The translations under genes and the position numbers were made by a program. This document shows positions 62,574 to 64,000 of a stretch of 64,000 nt of DNA, piece after piece. Source of the DNA: an uncultured Candidatus Saccharibacteria bacterium (lineage in GTDB: Bacteria; Patescibacteriota; Saccharimonadia; Saccharimonadales; JACDBH01). The notes under the pieces are model-generated. The model saw only the letters and a program-made list of their open reading frames with translations. It was not told where the DNA came from and made no database searches. The stretch is taken from positions 16,019-80,018 of the forward strand of contig CAZXOA010000002.1 of the NCBI GenBank assembly GCA_964642275.1, written 5' to 3'. How positions within the stretch are numbered: the stretch's first letter is position 1; every line of letters starts with the position of its first letter.

Positions 62574-64000
62574 CTAGTTGACGGTAATTGTCGGCGAGAC
62601 GCCGTTGAGCGTGCGGGCATACACCCCTGTGCCCGCTGGGCCGACGCTGGCTTGGCTTGCGGTGCATGAACCACCGCCGCCCAAACAGGTGAACGACGAG
62701 CCATTAGAGCGGTAAAAGCCAACGCTGCCCGAAGCGTTTGTCCAGCTAAAGACGTAGTTGCTACCCATTGAGGTCACAGATAGTCCGATGACCTCAATGG
62801 TTACTGGGTTGGAGGCTGCATCATAGAGCACGCTGTCGAACACGCGTGCACTGAGTGACTGGTCGCCCCCGGAAGTTGGTGTGTACGCTACGGTGTAAAG
62901 TCCGGGGCCAGTGAGCTCGGCTGATCCGACGACTTGTCCGCCAATGATGAACTCTACCTTGCCCGCGCCTTTATCGGCATTGCCAGCCAGCGGATGTGTG
63001 CCGCCGGTAACGTTGGCACTGAGGTTATATGTACCGCCGGTACCGAGCGACGAGGTGACGGTGACGCTTGGGCGGACATCAGTACACAGGTGCACATCAT
63101 CTTTTTCGTCGGACGCAGTGCCGGCATCGACAAAGGTGTCGCCGCTATGCTGCGAAGCAATACCGCCTGTCTCCTCCTTTTTAGCAGGGTCAGGTGTACA
63201 TTCAGTTGCAAGTTTCCCGGATATGACATCAATTGTGCGCTTCTGGTTGCTATTGTTCCTCTTCTGGTACCAAGACGGGTAAAGGTCGGTACTGCTGCTC
63301 GGTTCCTGAGAACTGGCGCCAACATGAGCTGTCACGACAAAGGCGGGCAGCGTCTGGACCCCGTTTGGCTTGGGCCAATCTTTCGGCTCGATATCCTTAT
63401 GTACACGCGACATCCAGCCGTCAAAGATTGGCTGAGTCATATTCTCCATAAAGCCGCTCATCTCAACTTGGCGTTTATTGTGGCCGACCCACACGACAGC
63501 GGCGTATTTGCTGGAGAAGCCGGTAATCCAGCCGTCCTTCGAGTCGTTGGTCGTACCGGTCTTGATGGCAACTTTCCATTGCCCGCCTGCGCCAGGCATG
63601 CGGTGGCGCTTGCGGCCCATGTAGCTTGCCCGCGGGTCTGACATCATATCATTAATGATATACGCGGTGTCTTCACGGATGACCTGGCTACCGCCTTCGA
63701 GTTTCCATTCGTAGACCGACTTATTTGCGGCATCGTCAATCTTAAGTATGTAAGCGCGCGGAATATTGAGCCCGTTGCGTGACAGAGTAGCCAGGCCGTG
63801 CACGTGCTCATCCATTTTGAGGTAGGCACCGTCGCCAATAGCGGACGATGCGTAGCACTGATCTTCGTTAACAGGGATAAAGTCGGTGGTGCCTGGCTGG
63901 TAGCAACGGTATCCATAGCTGTCCGGGTTGTTGGCATTCATGAGAGTTGTTGCGGTTTCGATGGTTTTGTCGACGCCGGCGATGAGCATGGCCTTGATAG
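62574..64000 (-). CDS. penicillin-binding protein, C-terminal part (N-terminus lies beyond the window end)
   Basis: KTGTT box of the transpeptidase domain, followed by a Gly/Ser/Thr-rich beta-rich tail of about 190 aa. The frame stays open to base 64000. Confidence 0.8.
   Translation of the reverse strand, partial: IKAMLIAGVDKTIETATTLMNANNPDSYGYRCYQPGTTDFIPVNEDQCYASSAIGDGAYLKMDEHVHGLATLSRNGLNIPRAYILKIDDAANKSVYEWKLEGGSQVIREDTAYIINDMMSDPRASYMGRKRHRMPGAGGQWKVAIKTGTTNDSKDGWITGFSSKYAAVVWVGHNKRQVEMSGFMENMTQPIFDGWMSRVHKDIEPKDWPKPNGVQTLPAFVVTAHVGASSQEPSSSTDLYPSWYQKRNNSNQKRTIDVISGKLATECTPDPAKKEETGGIASQHSGDTFVDAGTASDEKDDVHLCTDVRPSVTVTSSLGTGGTYNLSANVTGGTHPLAGNADKGAGKVEFIIGGQVVGSAELTGPGLYTVAYTPTSGGDQSLSARVFDSVLYDAASNPVTIEVIGLSVTSMGSNYVFSWTNASGSVGFYRSNGSSFTCLGGGGSCTASQASVGPAGTGVYARTLNGVSPTITVN

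Noticed and set aside
1-64000. Alternative genetic code (UGA recoding, as in some CPR lineages)
   Set aside because: TGA terminates many well-conserved genes at their expected lengths and forms the ATGA overlaps. Conserved proteins show no in-frame TGA. The standard code 11 fits.
1-64000. CRISPR arrays, cas genes, transposases, integrases, prophage genes, toxin-antitoxin pairs and known defence-system genes
   Set aside because: None was recognised. The only tandem or dispersed repeats are the short ones reported. No reverse transcriptase, nuclease-helicase or other defence-type domain combination was recognised among the hypothetical proteins.

Overview
This window is densely packed and mostly transcribed on the + strand, and it reads as small-genome bacterial core chromosome. 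By inference from gene content only, it resembles Patescibacteria/CPR, possibly Saccharibacteria. I call 64 protein genes. They cover translation and tRNA charging (pheS, pheT, gatCAB, rplS, nusA), DNA replication and repair (dnaE, uvrB, radA, rmuC, rnhB) and proteostasis (clpC, pepN). A sugar-phosphate island at 20.2-29.4 kb holds gap, rpiB, an rpe-like gene, a split transketolase, fba and a PfkB kinase. Envelope and surface genes include a PBP, a CAP-domain protein, a DUF2207 protein and an orphan pilB-like ATPase. I found no rRNA, tRNA, CRISPR array, transposase, integrase or recognisable defence system. TGA acts as a normal stop, and eight gene junctions are ATGA, TGATG or TAATG overlaps. 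The most unusual signals are non-coding. Two long gene-free loci (about 12.87-13.60 kb and 60.24-60.90 kb) share one layout: a promoter, a 50-nt leader, a perfect 14-15 bp inverted repeat pair, and a GC-rich core full of long perfect hairpins. They are candidate large structured RNAs or inverted-repeat-bounded relics. Other points of interest are a dispersed promoter-like repeat of about 35 bp (4 copies, 3 pointing antisense), a four-gene cassette translationally coupled between pheS and pheT, an insertion between gatA and gatB, about 16 genes with leaderless-type promoter-to-ATG spacing, and a heptamer tandem repeat inside pheS. All functional assignments come from motif recognition by eye. 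No database search was run.
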